From NCBI GenBank assembly GCA_021404525.1, contig JAAWWE010000014.1, forward strand, positions 22,407-86,406: a stretch of DNA of 64,000 bases, given 5' to 3'. The notes under the pieces are model-generated. The model saw only the letters and a program-made list of their open reading frames with translations. It searched no databases and was not told the DNA's origin. Shown here in pieces: positions 17,165 to 27,036 of this stretch; within the stretch, counting starts at the first letter, position 1; each line of letters opens with the position of its first letter. Position numbers and translations under genes: made by a program. The DNA is from Rhodobiaceae bacterium. GTDB lineage: Bacteria; Pseudomonadota; Alphaproteobacteria; Parvibaculales; Parvibaculaceae.

Positions 17165-20102
17165 GTTTAAAGCCAGAGCGAGAACACTCGACATGTTGGG
17201 TAAACAGCAGATCGCTGGGATACCCACTGCACTACACGAGCTTTTCAAGAATGCTTACGACGCTTATGCCAACGAAGTAACCGTAGATTTCTTTCGGAAG
17301 AGCCGCATTCTGTTGATTAGAGATGACGGCGTCGGAATGTCGAAGTCAGACTTCGAAAACCGTTGGCTGACTATCGGAACCGAAAGCAAACTTCAAATCG
17401 AGGGTAACTTAACACCTCCAGATAAGGCGGGAGCCGATGTCCGGCCTACGATGGGAGAAAAAGGGATCGGTCGATTAGCCATTGCTACAATTGGCCCGAT
17501 TGTTTTGATACTGACACGAGCGCACCATGGCAGCGACCGCAACCTAGTTGCTTGCTTGATTCACTGGGGTCTTTTTGAAATACCCGGAGTTGATCTTGAT
17601 GAGATAACCATACCTTTGCGTACTCTAAAGAACGCCAAAGAAGTATGTGATGACTTGGTATCGTCGATGAGAGACGAACTAATTCTTTCATTGGAAGCCC
17701 TGTCTTCTAGTCTACTCGCAACGACATTTGTCGCAGGCATCAAGCACGACCTGAAATCTTGGACATTGCCCATCGATCAGCTCTTCGGCTTGCAGAGCGG
17801 GCCGTCCTTGCAGGCCGATGGCTCAGGAACACATTTCATCGTCCACCCAGTTGGCGATGAGTTGGAAGCTGATATTGATGAGCCTCAATCGAATGGCGCA
17901 ACTAACCTCGAGCGGATGCTCCTGGGATTTTCTAACCAACTTGGAAAAAGCGCACACTCACCAATGTCTGCGACGTTTAGAGACCATCTGATGGACGGAC
18001 AGGTCATCGATCGCATTGGAGAACAGCAGTTCTTTACTGATTCAGAATTTGAATTGGCGGATCATCGGGTAGAGGGTCGCTTCGACGAACGAGGTAACTT
18101 CAAGGGTCGGCTATCCATATACGGAAGCGACTTTCGTGAATTCGAAATTCCACTTTTTCCAGGAGGCCACGAGAGGTCCTGTGGAGCGTTTGACATCTCA
18201 TTTGCCTATGTTCAAGGTAACAAGCGGGACAGCAAGATACCTTTAGGGTTGCACGAGCCTCTGCTTCGAAAGCTAGACCAAATTGGCGGTCTCTACATAT
18301 ATAAGAACGGTATCCGAGTACTTCCCTACGGTAACTCCGATTACGACTTCTTAGAAATTGAACGGCGCCGAACACTAAGTGCATCTTACTACTTTTTCTC
18401 GTACAGGCGTATGTTTGGTGCGATCAACATCACTGCTCAACGTAACAGCGCCTTGAAAGAAAAAGCTGGTCGCGAGGGATTCCAAAGCAACAAGGCATAT
18501 CGGCAGTTCCGGGAACAGCTGATGAAGTTCTTTGAAGAGCTTGCCGCGAGATACTTCCGTGAAGATGGGGCATTTGCTGAGGAGTGGGCCCTGGAGCGAG
18601 AGGCCCTGCAGAAAGAGTATACACTGCTTCAGAAGAGACAAAGATCAGTAAAATCCTTACGCGCCAAACTATCTGGTGAGCTGTCAAAATACTTCGACAG
18701 TGTGTCTGAGGCCCGCCATGTCCAAGAACTCGAAGATATCCTTAGTGGCGCGCAGACGCGAGTTTCTAAGCTACTTGAAGATCAAGACCTTGAAGGTGTA
18801 GCGGAACAGATAATCCATATCGAAGCGGAAATGCTACAGCAGTTCCAAAGCTTCCTTGATAAATACAGGATCTCGCGCCCTTCCAGTGCTGGTTTGACGA
18901 AATCCCTTGCACGACAGTGGGAGCAGTATCAAAGGTCTTTTTCTCAAGACATCTTGACCGAGTACGATCGCAGCAGGATAGAAGCTAGAGAGACAATCGG
19001 CCAGCTGGCGGAAAGTGCAAAGGTACACTTGGACTCTCGGATGAGACTGACCGCGTCTCTGTCCGCGTCAGAGGATTTTTCCAAGAAGGCGTTGCTCGCG
19101 CAGCGCAAATCGACTCAAGAAGCTCTCAGCAAAGCGGATAAATATGTCAACAACGAGCTCTCGGAAGCAAGGGTGATATTGCAGGAGACGAAGGACGACA
19201 TTGATCTGGCAGTCTCTTCCTTCCGGTTCGAAAGCGCCACATCAGACGAACTTGATGATCTTCGAAACACGCTCGAAGAGAAACTCCTTGGCGCAAGAAA
19301 GAAGTTTGAGAACCGATTGGCTGCGATCAGAATGCGCCTCGAACGTGTTCCTGGTGACGAAACCGAGAATGATGTCTTCTCAGATGAGACAATGGCGGCA
19401 TTGGAGACACAACTTGAAGTAATGCGGGAAGACTACTCTCAAACACTCGAGCTTGCTCAACTGGGTATGGCTGTAAGCATCGTACAGCATGAATTCGAGT
19501 CTAACGTGCGAGGGGTCAGGCGATCGCTAAAGTCAATGCAGAGGTGGGCCGACAAGAACGCGGGCTTGCGTGAAATTTATGATGACATTCGGGATGGATT
19601 TGATCATCTGGATAACTATCTCAGCCTATTTACTCCGCTAGACCGAAGACTCAGACGTAGAAAGACCAAAATTACAGGGCAACAGATCGCAGAATTTATC
19701 GAGGAGCTCTTTGGCGAAAGATTTGATCGCCATGGCGTAAAGTTTGAGGTTACGCGGGATGGTGCTGCTCAAAGCGTTGATAGCTTTGCCTCAGTGATCC
19801 TACCCGTTTTTGTGAATCTCGTCGATAATGCAATCCATTGGCTGTCGAAGAAGGATGGCTCGAGGTTGATAACACTAGACGCCACGGCCGAAGGGTTTCT
19901 CCTTTCAGACAATGGTCCTGGGATTTCTGCGATGGATAGAGAGCTTGTGTTTGAGTTCGGTTATTCAAAAAAGTACGGGGGACAGGGCATGGGGCTATAT
20001 ATAGCCAAAACCTCGCTCAACAAAGAAGACCTCGATATTCGATTGATTGTGGACGCGTCATCTGGCGCAAAGTTTGAGATTTTCCCCAAGGAGGCACCTT
20101 AG
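17157..20102 (+). CDS. MORC-like GHKL ATPase + coiled coil + C-terminal histidine kinase fusion
   Basis: N-terminal ELFKNAYDA, DDGVGM, GEKGIGRLA, S5-like YKNGIRVLPYG and EKAGREG. C-terminal H-box QHEF, N-box NLVDNAIHW, DNGPGI, FEFGYS, GQGMGLY. Confidence 0.88.
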   Translation: MAKFKARARTLDMLGKQQIAGIPTALHELFKNAYDAYANEVTVDFFRKSRILLIRDDGVGMSKSDFENRWLTIGTESKLQIEGNLTPPDKAGADVRPTMGEKGIGRLAIATIGPIVLILTRAHHGSDRNLVACLIHWGLFEIPGVDLDEITIPLRTLKNAKEVCDDLVSSMRDELILSLEALSSSLLATTFVAGIKHDLKSWTLPIDQLFGLQSGPSLQADGSGTHFIVHPVGDELEADIDEPQSNGATNLERMLLGFSNQLGKSAHSPMSATFRDHLMDGQVIDRIGEQQFFTDSEFELADHRVEGRFDERGNFKGRLSIYGSDFREFEIPLFPGGHERSCGAFDISFAYVQGNKRDSKIPLGLHEPLLRKLDQIGGLYIYKNGIRVLPYGNSDYDFLEIERRRTLSASYYFFSYRRMFGAINITAQRNSALKEKAGREGFQSNKAYRQFREQLMKFFEELAARYFREDGAFAEEWALEREALQKEYTLLQKRQRSVKSLRAKLSGELSKYFDSVSEARHVQELEDILSGAQTRVSKLLEDQDLEGVAEQIIHIEAEMLQQFQSFLDKYRISRPSSAGLTKSLARQWEQYQRSFSQDILTEYDRSRIEARETIGQLAESAKVHLDSRMRLTASLSASEDFSKKALLAQRKSTQEALSKADKYVNNELSEARVILQETKDDIDLAVSSFRFESATSDELDDLRNTLEEKLLGARKKFENRLAAIRMRLERVPGDETENDVFSDETMAALETQLEVMREDYSQTLELAQLGMAVSIVQHEFESNVRGVRRSLKSMQRWADKNAGLREIYDDIRDGFDHLDNYLSLFTPLDRRLRRRKTKITGQQIAEFIEELFGERFDRHGVKFEVTRDGAAQSVDSFASVILPVFVNLVDNAIHWLSKKDGSRLITLDATAEGFLLSDNGPGISAMDRELVFEFGYSKKYGGQGMGLYIAKTSLNKEDLDIRLIVDASSGAKFEIFPKEAP

Positions 20103-21724
20103 TGACCGAAGACGACTTGTTGGGTGTGCCGAGAGAGTTCTTGAACGCTGCCGTGTTAATCGACGATGAGCTTTTTTGGGGGCAGCCTGTCGAGCAGGCG
20201 GTAGACGAGCTAGCTGAACCTAGCGAGTTTGAAATCTCTAGCGACTCCGAGCTAGCCGCTAAGCCAAGCCAATCATCCGAGAGCAAGATCGACGCAGAGA
20301 AAGTTGTGGACGGTTTTTCTGATCTCGGCCTAGTTTGCGCGACCTATCGATGGAGCGAGGGCCATTCAACTTTTCCTAACTCAAGTGACAAGGCTGATCT
20401 AATCATTTTGGATTGGAAGCTGAACGATACCGAGGCGGTAGGCACGACGGCCGTGAAGTTTTTGAATGATCGGTTGAAACAGGATTTGGAAGGAAAGCGG
20501 CGTCTTAGATATATTGTTATCTACACAGATAAGCCCATGGCTGGTGTCATTGGGAAGTTAAGCGACGAGCTGTCCGTCCCGGCGGGAATATCGCTGGTCG
20601 CAAACGAAAATTCTGTAGAGATAAGAGAAGACAATGGTCCTTCTCTTTGGCGTATCCTGTATCAGTCCAAAACAGCCACTGAGGAAAGCGCGCTCGCGAA
20701 AGCCGTCTTGTTGGACTTTGCAAACTTTTTGAACGGACTTCTCCCACGAGCTGTCATGGCTGGCGTCGCGGAGCTCAGGAACCGAACTTTCGAACATCTC
20801 TATCGGTTCAACAAGAGTGTGGACCCTGCAGTTGCGTCTCACCTTTTGGCGAAACGTTCCAGTAAACTGGAGTTTCCCGCAGCTCAAGATGCGTTTGCCG
20901 AGTTCGTTGTTGGCCTGATAGTGAATGACTTCTCAGATGCCTTGCATGGTTCCAACATGCTTCGAGAAACTGCGTCCGCTCAAGCTGTAGCCGATCATTT
21001 GTCAACTGATGATGGAGTAAAGTTGCGTCACAACAAGCTAGAAGTTGATGCGACGTCTGATCAATTCCAAACTCTAGTTTTGGAACCTGACCACTCAAAC
21101 TTTCTCAACACAGCTCAAGCCGTCTTCAATCTTACTCCCGATAAGGCAGCAAAGACTTTCTCAGATGGTCGAAATCCAATGGAATTCGCAAGTGTCGATG
21201 ACACGCAGTACGCTGCGCTTTCAAGTATCGATCTTATGAGCAACTATCCAAGAGCTGTATCAGATCAGTATCAGCTGAAGTCCGGCGTCATTGTACAAGC
21301 CGAAAACGAACACAATGGAAGCCAAAGATATCTGATCTGCGTGCAGCCTATTTGCGACTCTGTTCGATTAAGCGCTGATTCAGAAAGGCCAAATCGATTC
21401 CCATTCGTGGAGTTGATCGAAGTTGAGCCGACAAAGAAATTTTCCTTTGTTGTCAAAGTAGACGGTAGCTTTGTGTATCTAATGACCAGATACAAGGTGT
21501 CCGAACTCCATATGGCATCTTTTGTAGCGTCCGGGACAACTGGCGATGTTCGAACAGTAGTCGACGGTACAAATCGGATTTTTGTGGATATTGCGGGGAA
21601 GCCTTATCGTTGGATATCGGAACTCAAAGAGCTCTATTCAATTGATCTCCAGAATAAACTGTCGTCGCAAGCAAACCGGATTGGAAGCAACAAGTTCGAA
21701 TGGCTGAGAGCGCGTTCTGGCTAG
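20102..21724 (+). CDS. Response-regulator receiver-domain protein with large uncharacterised C-terminus
   Basis: VLIDDE acidic pocket, LIILDW phosphoacceptor, IVIYT; C-terminal GVIV...YLICVQPICDSVR; GTG start overlaps upstream TAG. Confidence 0.8.
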   Translation: MTEDDLLGVPREFLNAAVLIDDELFWGQPVEQAVDELAEPSEFEISSDSELAAKPSQSSESKIDAEKVVDGFSDLGLVCATYRWSEGHSTFPNSSDKADLIILDWKLNDTEAVGTTAVKFLNDRLKQDLEGKRRLRYIVIYTDKPMAGVIGKLSDELSVPAGISLVANENSVEIREDNGPSLWRILYQSKTATEESALAKAVLLDFANFLNGLLPRAVMAGVAELRNRTFEHLYRFNKSVDPAVASHLLAKRSSKLEFPAAQDAFAEFVVGLIVNDFSDALHGSNMLRETASAQAVADHLSTDDGVKLRHNKLEVDATSDQFQTLVLEPDHSNFLNTAQAVFNLTPDKAAKTFSDGRNPMEFASVDDTQYAALSSIDLMSNYPRAVSDQYQLKSGVIVQAENEHNGSQRYLICVQPICDSVRLSADSERPNRFPFVELIEVEPTKKFSFVVKVDGSFVYLMTRYKVSELHMASFVASGTTGDVRTVVDGTNRIFVDIAGKPYRWISELKELYSIDLQNKLSSQANRIGSNKFEWLRARSG

Positions 21725-21822
21725 CTTTCCTTGCTTCAAACCAAGTCGAGACTGATGTAAAGTCCGCTTTTGGACAGCTGCACTGCAGCATCGATTACTG
21801 CATGAATGACAGGTTTGGGCCG

Positions 21823-22809
21823 TCAGCGTGTCCCAACAACCAGGACCTCTGAGACGCCGCGTTTACCGCTGTCGCGTCCCAGCTGAACAATGACATCTAT
21901 CGACCGGCGGATGTAGCTCTGTACCTCGGCGAAGGTCAAAGGTGTCCCGGCCTGCAAGACCATGATCGCCAACCTGTCAATCGCAAGCTCAGCGGTTTCG
22001 GCGTGGATTGTGGTCACCGATCCGCCGTGACCAGTGTTTATGGCTTCCAGATATGTCAGCGCTTCGGCACCGCGCAACTCGCCCACAACGATGCGATCCG
22101 GGCGCATGCGCAAACTCGCCTGTAGCAGAGCATTTGTTGACCGCTGAGATGTCGGAACACGCTCAGCCAACAGGCAAACAGTGTTTGGCTGACCAGGGAA
22201 AAGCTCGAAGGCGTCTTCTATGGTGATAAGCCTCTCGTCGTCCGGGACCGATTTCAGCAGATGCCTTGCGAATGTGGTTTTGCCGGTGGACGTCCCACCG
22301 CTGACCAAGAGGTTCAAACGATGACGGACGAGCGACGACAAGGCTCTGGAGAGGTCGCTCTTTGCAATTTCCTCGACTTCTGAGAGTCTCGATTGCCGCC
22401 GATCATCGAGCGAGACCGGTTTCCCAAACAGATACTCAGGATCGAAGGTTGTCTGGCCACCAACGCCAAATAGCCGAATGGAGATCGCTGCGCCGTGTTC
22501 TACCGCGGGTGGCACAACAACCTGGATGCGTAGCGGGCGCTCAAGGTAGTCGATCTTACCTGAAACCAAAGGCGACTTCTGCGACACCCGCGCGCGCGCA
22601 TCACCAACCAATGTGGCAGCCAGATTTGCTGCTGCGGCCACCTCGACAGTGCGGTCAATTCTCTCCATGGCGTGGGCACCTTGGCGTTCGATCCAGACAT
22701 TTCCATCCGGGTTGATCGCCAACTCAATGATGTCGTCCTTCAGGATCAAATCGCGATAGGGTTCTAGGTATTGCTCAAGATACGAGGAGGGGAGGGACGC
22801 TTCGCTCAA
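21823..22809 (-). CDS. virB11: T4SS ATPase VirB11
   Basis: GGTSTGKTT, ITIEDAFEL, LRMRPDRIVVGELRG, NTGHGGSVTTIHA. Confidence 0.93.
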   Translation of the reverse strand: MSEASLPSSYLEQYLEPYRDLILKDDIIELAINPDGNVWIERQGAHAMERIDRTVEVAAAANLAATLVGDARARVSQKSPLVSGKIDYLERPLRIQVVVPPAVEHGAAISIRLFGVGGQTTFDPEYLFGKPVSLDDRRQSRLSEVEEIAKSDLSRALSSLVRHRLNLLVSGGTSTGKTTFARHLLKSVPDDERLITIEDAFELFPGQPNTVCLLAERVPTSQRSTNALLQASLRMRPDRIVVGELRGAEALTYLEAINTGHGGSVTTIHAETAELAIDRLAIMVLQAGTPLTFAEVQSYIRRSIDVIVQLGRDSGKRGVSEVLVVGTR

Positions 22810-24227
22810 TAGATCACGATGTCCCTATCGACCAGTACGGTTACCATGGCCCCCTGATCGACGTAAATGGTTGGCGAGATCGAGACCTGATCGGCGATCA
22901 CCGAACTTGTCGCGTCTTCGAGATCACTGCCGACCTCCTCCAGAACCTCGCGGGTCACTTCGTCTTCCGTGGAATTGGCGGCGACTGCGGGGGCCGCGCC
23001 GATAATCGATATCAGAGCAGCTCCTCCAAAGCGTTCGTCGAACTTCGTATCCACCAAACCGGTCAGGCCAGAGCGTCCGAGTCGATCACCCCCGACTGAG
23101 GCGATCTGCATGGATGTACCGTCCGGCGTGAGGACGCGCGTCCATAGAATGAGGATGCGCTTCTGGTTCACTTCCACACCAGATCGATATTGCCCGAACA
23201 ATCGCGAGCCTCGCGGGATAAGTACTGCGTCGCCGGAAAACGCATAGACAGGTTCCGCGACGACCGCGACAACGTTTCCGGGCAGATCACTGTTGATGGC
23301 CGTTTGCAGTGCCGCCTGTATGACGGACCCTTGCGCGAGAGTGCGTTCGGGTCGCTCCATCTGCGCCGCCTCATCGATTTCAAGCGGCCGCGCCGCGCCT
23401 CTGAGATAGGCTTCGTTTTCATTCAGTGGGATATCTGCGCCTGGTGCGCCGTTCTGCAGGCCGCTGGCGTTTGGTGCCGTGACCGATGATCCTGTCGAAT
23501 AGACCACGGCAGGAGACTGGATCTGGGCCCTCAATAGTTGTTCGGCCTGCTGTTCGGCCTCGCGGCGCTTTTGTTCCTCTTCCTGTCTGCGACGTTCCTC
23601 GAGAAGCTGTTGGTCGCGGATCAGGGCGTCATTGGCGCGTTCCCCTTCAAGGGCTTCGCGTTGCGCGCGTTCCGCCTCCAGAAGACTCTGAAGAGAGTTC
23701 AGCCGGGTCTCGCTGTCGCGTTCTAGGGCCGCGAGTTGTTCATCTCGCTCCGCGACAGCGGCTTCGAGGGCTTGTGCTTGATCTGCGAAAGCACTGCGCA
23801 GTTCGGTAACGGCTGACTGAATCTCGGCGTTTCGCTCGGCTTGAGTAACGGCGAGTGCTTCGCGAAGCTCAGCCAGTTCGGCGAGGATATCTACGCTTGG
23901 CTCAGCCGCGGGCGGGATCGGCTCGGGGGCCTCAAGGGCTTCTTCCACAGCGATAAGGGCATCGTTCACGCGCTGGTCCGCTTCATCGGCAGGAAATTCC
24001 AGCCGACCACCATTTGAGAGACCGTCATTCTGAAACGGCTCGACATCCGAAGTCTCTAGTTGGTCTGGATCCGCTTGCCAGTCAGTCGCCAGGAAATACG
24101 CAACGCCCGCACTGCCGAGGCCGAGAGCGAGCGCCAGGGCAGTGACACCGAATCCCGATCTGGGTTTGGAGCGTTTTGCCTTGCTGAATGTATCCAGCCG
24201 GTTCTTCAGGTTGGGATCATCCGTCAT
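22806..24227 (-). CDS. virB10: T4SS VirB10/TrbI
   Basis: TM, coiled coil, QGSVIQAALQTAINSDLPG, GRSGLTG, FDERFGGAALIS, PTIYVDQG. Confidence 0.92.
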   Translation of the reverse strand: MTDDPNLKNRLDTFSKAKRSKPRSGFGVTALALALGLGSAGVAYFLATDWQADPDQLETSDVEPFQNDGLSNGGRLEFPADEADQRVNDALIAVEEALEAPEPIPPAAEPSVDILAELAELREALAVTQAERNAEIQSAVTELRSAFADQAQALEAAVAERDEQLAALERDSETRLNSLQSLLEAERAQREALEGERANDALIRDQQLLEERRRQEEEQKRREAEQQAEQLLRAQIQSPAVVYSTGSSVTAPNASGLQNGAPGADIPLNENEAYLRGAARPLEIDEAAQMERPERTLAQGSVIQAALQTAINSDLPGNVVAVVAEPVYAFSGDAVLIPRGSRLFGQYRSGVEVNQKRILILWTRVLTPDGTSMQIASVGGDRLGRSGLTGLVDTKFDERFGGAALISIIGAAPAVAANSTEDEVTREVLEEVGSDLEDATSSVIADQVSISPTIYVDQGAMVTVLVDRDIVIY

Positions 24228-24230
24228 GGC

Positions 24231-24965
24231 TCAGTTGCTCACGTATATCGCGGAGGTGTCTCGGTAGATGCAGAGCGCTTCTTCACCCAGCCGCAGTGTC
24301 CAGAAGTCGTTGACACCGGAGACGCGGACGGTGTTGCCGTTCTGGGTCCAATTGACCGTGCGCTCGCGACCGCGGTTGTCAGCCTTGAAGATCGCGGGTT
24401 GCCGTCCACTTTCGGGAAAACTGAAGTAGGTAAACCGACCGTCGTCATAGACCGTGGCCGGGCGAAAGTCGCCTTCGCCGGCGATCTTGTAGTTGTAGTT
24501 GCGCGGCGCCTCGAACCCTTTGGGCTGTGCGTTCGTCAGTGTGGCAAGGCGCTCTTCGCCCGGGTAGCGAAACCGCACTTCGAAGAACATGCCCGTGCGA
24601 CCTGGAATCGAGCCTTCCCGGAGATGGAATGCATAGCTGCGACGGTTGGTGATCACGGTCATGTTGGTCGAAGCATTTTGGACATGCGGCTTGATCGTCA
24701 GCACATTGCCAAGCTCGGGAATTGGATCGACCTGAAAGCTTTCGGTGTCTCCCACGATTACAGCCTCGAACCGCTCCCCGTCTCCAAACTGGATCGTGGT
24801 CGAGTGCCGCAGATCCGTCTCGATACGGAACACCTGCTGCTCGTCGTAGACCGCATATCGTATGCGGATATCTTTCGGCCCACCCTGAGGCGTCGCTTCC
24901 GAAAGCACTTGAGAAGGTGCAAGAGCCAAAAGCAAACAGGGCAGGGCGGTGCGCAGCTTCATCAC
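24231..24965 (-). CDS. virB9: T4SS VirB9
   Basis: Signal peptide, DIRIRYAVYD, TNMTVITNRRSY, YDDGRFTYF. Confidence 0.9.
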   Translation of the reverse strand: MMKLRTALPCLLLALAPSQVLSEATPQGGPKDIRIRYAVYDEQQVFRIETDLRHSTTIQFGDGERFEAVIVGDTESFQVDPIPELGNVLTIKPHVQNASTNMTVITNRRSYAFHLREGSIPGRTGMFFEVRFRYPGEERLATLTNAQPKGFEAPRNYNYKIAGEGDFRPATVYDDGRFTYFSFPESGRQPAIFKADNRGRERTVNWTQNGNTVRVSGVNDFWTLRLGEEALCIYRDTSAIYVSN

Positions 24966-25631
24966 TCAGTTCTCCAACGTTTCGGCGTCGACACGATAAG
25001 ACGTGACGACAAATCCGAGCGGGTTGGCCCAGACCTGCTGCAACCGCTGACGGGTTTCCGGGCGAAACTCGTAGCGCAGCGTAGCGACGTAGGGCCGTGT
25101 CACAGTCCTGTTGTCACGGGGTTTTCGAAGCGTTTTCGTGAACCGCACCTGCGCCACCCCGGGTTCGACCTGGTTCACAGACCGGATGACCACATCGATT
25201 TTCGCGTCCCGTCCATAGACTGAGATCGGATAGTCAGGATTGGTTGAAGACCAAAGATCGCGAAGCGTGCGTGCGGCGTCTTCGTCGGATCTTTGCAGGA
25301 CCGAATTGATCCGTTCTTCACCGTCGGTCAGGTCGTAGGTTTCGCGATCATCCACGTAGGCGACCAGATTAGCCTGAATGATCGCATCACTTTCGTCGAG
25401 GCTGAGCGCCTCGACAGCGGCAACACGGTCCATTTCGCCGGTTTCCTTGTCGACGACGACCACGAAGGTCTCGACCGTCTTGAGCGGGAACAAAGCAACG
25501 GCTCCCACGAAACCGACCAAACCGATGATCACACCAGCAGCGGCGACAAAGTAGGCAAAACGCTCGCGCCTGCGTGGCCCAAAGATGAAGTCGGCCTCGA
25601 AAGCGTCCTGATCGAACTCCGCGCGGGTCAT
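24966..25631 (-). CDS. virB8: T4SS VirB8
   Basis: Single TM, PLKTVETFVVVVDKETG, YVDDRETY, NPLGFVVTSY. Confidence 0.9.
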   Translation of the reverse strand: MTRAEFDQDAFEADFIFGPRRRERFAYFVAAAGVIIGLVGFVGAVALFPLKTVETFVVVVDKETGEMDRVAAVEALSLDESDAIIQANLVAYVDDRETYDLTDGEERINSVLQRSDEDAARTLRDLWSSTNPDYPISVYGRDAKIDVVIRSVNQVEPGVAQVRFTKTLRKPRDNRTVTRPYVATLRYEFRPETRQRLQQVWANPLGFVVTSYRVDAETLEN

Positions 25632-26641
25632 GTCTTGCGAAAGGATTTTGTCAGCGCGAGCGCGGCTGCAGGCGTCCGGCGGATCAATTCGTTGCTCTTC
25701 GTGGCCGCACCGCTCACTTCGCGTCGTAGCTCGTACGGCGTTCTGCCGGTCAAGATGCGTCCTGCACCACCCGCGCCATACTCTCCAGCGTTGACCACGC
25801 CGCGTCGCGCCAATCCCGTCAGGCCGATCGCATTCGAGGCGATGCCCATGACACCTGTGAGGTTGGATGCGATGAACGGGACGGCGGCCATCACGCCAGC
25901 TGAAAGGAGCAAGATCACGAGGAACGGCAGGATCAGGCTGACCGTTTCGACGTTGTCCGGGTCGGCGGAGGCGTCGCCAATAGACTCAGCGATGGCGACG
26001 ATGATCCCGGCGGCTCCGGCAGCGGCCACAGGCATCAAGGCATAGCCGATGGTTGCCCGTGTCCAGGCTTCGAAAAGCGATTGGGTCGGTTTGAAGAGCG
26101 ACGTCAGGATCATGAACGGCGCGATGACGATCATCAGTGTGAAAACGATACGCGCGTAGGCGATGATCCCGGCGGTGACGGCTGCGAAGATGGCGGACAG
26201 AACGAAGAAAATCGCCCCGAGCACTGCGCCAAACACCCAGCCCGCACGGTCGCCGATGGCGTCACCATAGGCGGTGATCCGGTTCACCATGCTGTCGAGG
26301 CTTTCGTAGACCCCTGCTTCGTCACCGGTGTCGGTCAGGTCTAGTATTGCTGCCCCGATGCTATCTGGCACATCGACCGCAATGCGGTACACGACGGAAA
26401 AGTTGTCCCAGCTTTGGGCAAAAATAGAAATCAGGGACAGTTTGAGCCCAAAGGCAAATGCGCTGCCAAAGGTCATCGGACGCAGCTGCATGACAACTGA
26501 TATGCCGAGTATAATCAGCAAGACTATTCCGCCAACCGACAGAACATCACCAACAACGGCAGCGCCATCTGCAAAACCGGACTCGGCCACAGTGTCGATA
26601 GCTTCATCGACCTGTTCGAGTATGTCTCGTATGATACCCAT
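25628..26641 (-). CDS. virB6: T4SS VirB6
   Basis: Polytopic membrane protein, LFKPTQSLFEAW; position in the operon. Confidence 0.85.
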   Translation of the reverse strand: MGIIRDILEQVDEAIDTVAESGFADGAAVVGDVLSVGGIVLLIILGISVVMQLRPMTFGSAFAFGLKLSLISIFAQSWDNFSVVYRIAVDVPDSIGAAILDLTDTGDEAGVYESLDSMVNRITAYGDAIGDRAGWVFGAVLGAIFFVLSAIFAAVTAGIIAYARIVFTLMIVIAPFMILTSLFKPTQSLFEAWTRATIGYALMPVAAAGAAGIIVAIAESIGDASADPDNVETVSLILPFLVILLLSAGVMAAVPFIASNLTGVMGIASNAIGLTGLARRGVVNAGEYGAGGAGRILTGRTPYELRREVSGAATKSNELIRRTPAAALALTKSFRKT

Positions 26642-27036
26642 CAGGAAGAACAGGCCGCGTCCCGTTCAGCCAATAGCTTATCAGCGTGTTCCCTTAGTTC
26701 CGAAGTGTCGAAAGGGCGTTTGGGATCGTCCGAGACGCGATATTCCTCCCCTGCCTCCAAGACCTCATCCCACTCAATCTCTGTAAGAAGGCAGTCACAG
26801 GAGCCAGTCTCTCTCCATGCTTCAGCGGCCATGATGCGCAAAATCGCGCGGTAGCCGTTGCGGATATATGCGCTTTCCGCGAGGTCCTTTGGCGGCCGCG
26901 GAGCCTTGCATTCTGTTTGGTCTTCGGTCGGTTGCGCCATGGTTTCGAACCCGCCCTGGGAGGTTTGAGCGCTCAATGTCAGCGGCATGCAGACCAGCGC
27001 AAACGCGGTCAGAAGAATGGGGGTCAATTGGATCAT
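26641..27036 (-). CDS. Exported Cys-containing hypothetical protein within the virB operon
   Basis: Signal peptide, four Cys in the mature part, overlaps virB5 and virB6. Confidence 0.65.
   Translation of the reverse strand: MIQLTPILLTAFALVCMPLTLSAQTSQGGFETMAQPTEDQTECKAPRPPKDLAESAYIRNGYRAILRIMAAEAWRETGSCDCLLTEIEWDEVLEAGEEYRVSDDPKRPFDTSELREHADKLLAERDAACSS

Noticed and set aside
17157-21724. Ordinary two-component system regulating conjugation or metals
   Set aside because: No TM or sensor domain, no DNA-binding output, an N-terminal MORC-type ATPase, and coupling to a methyltransferase.
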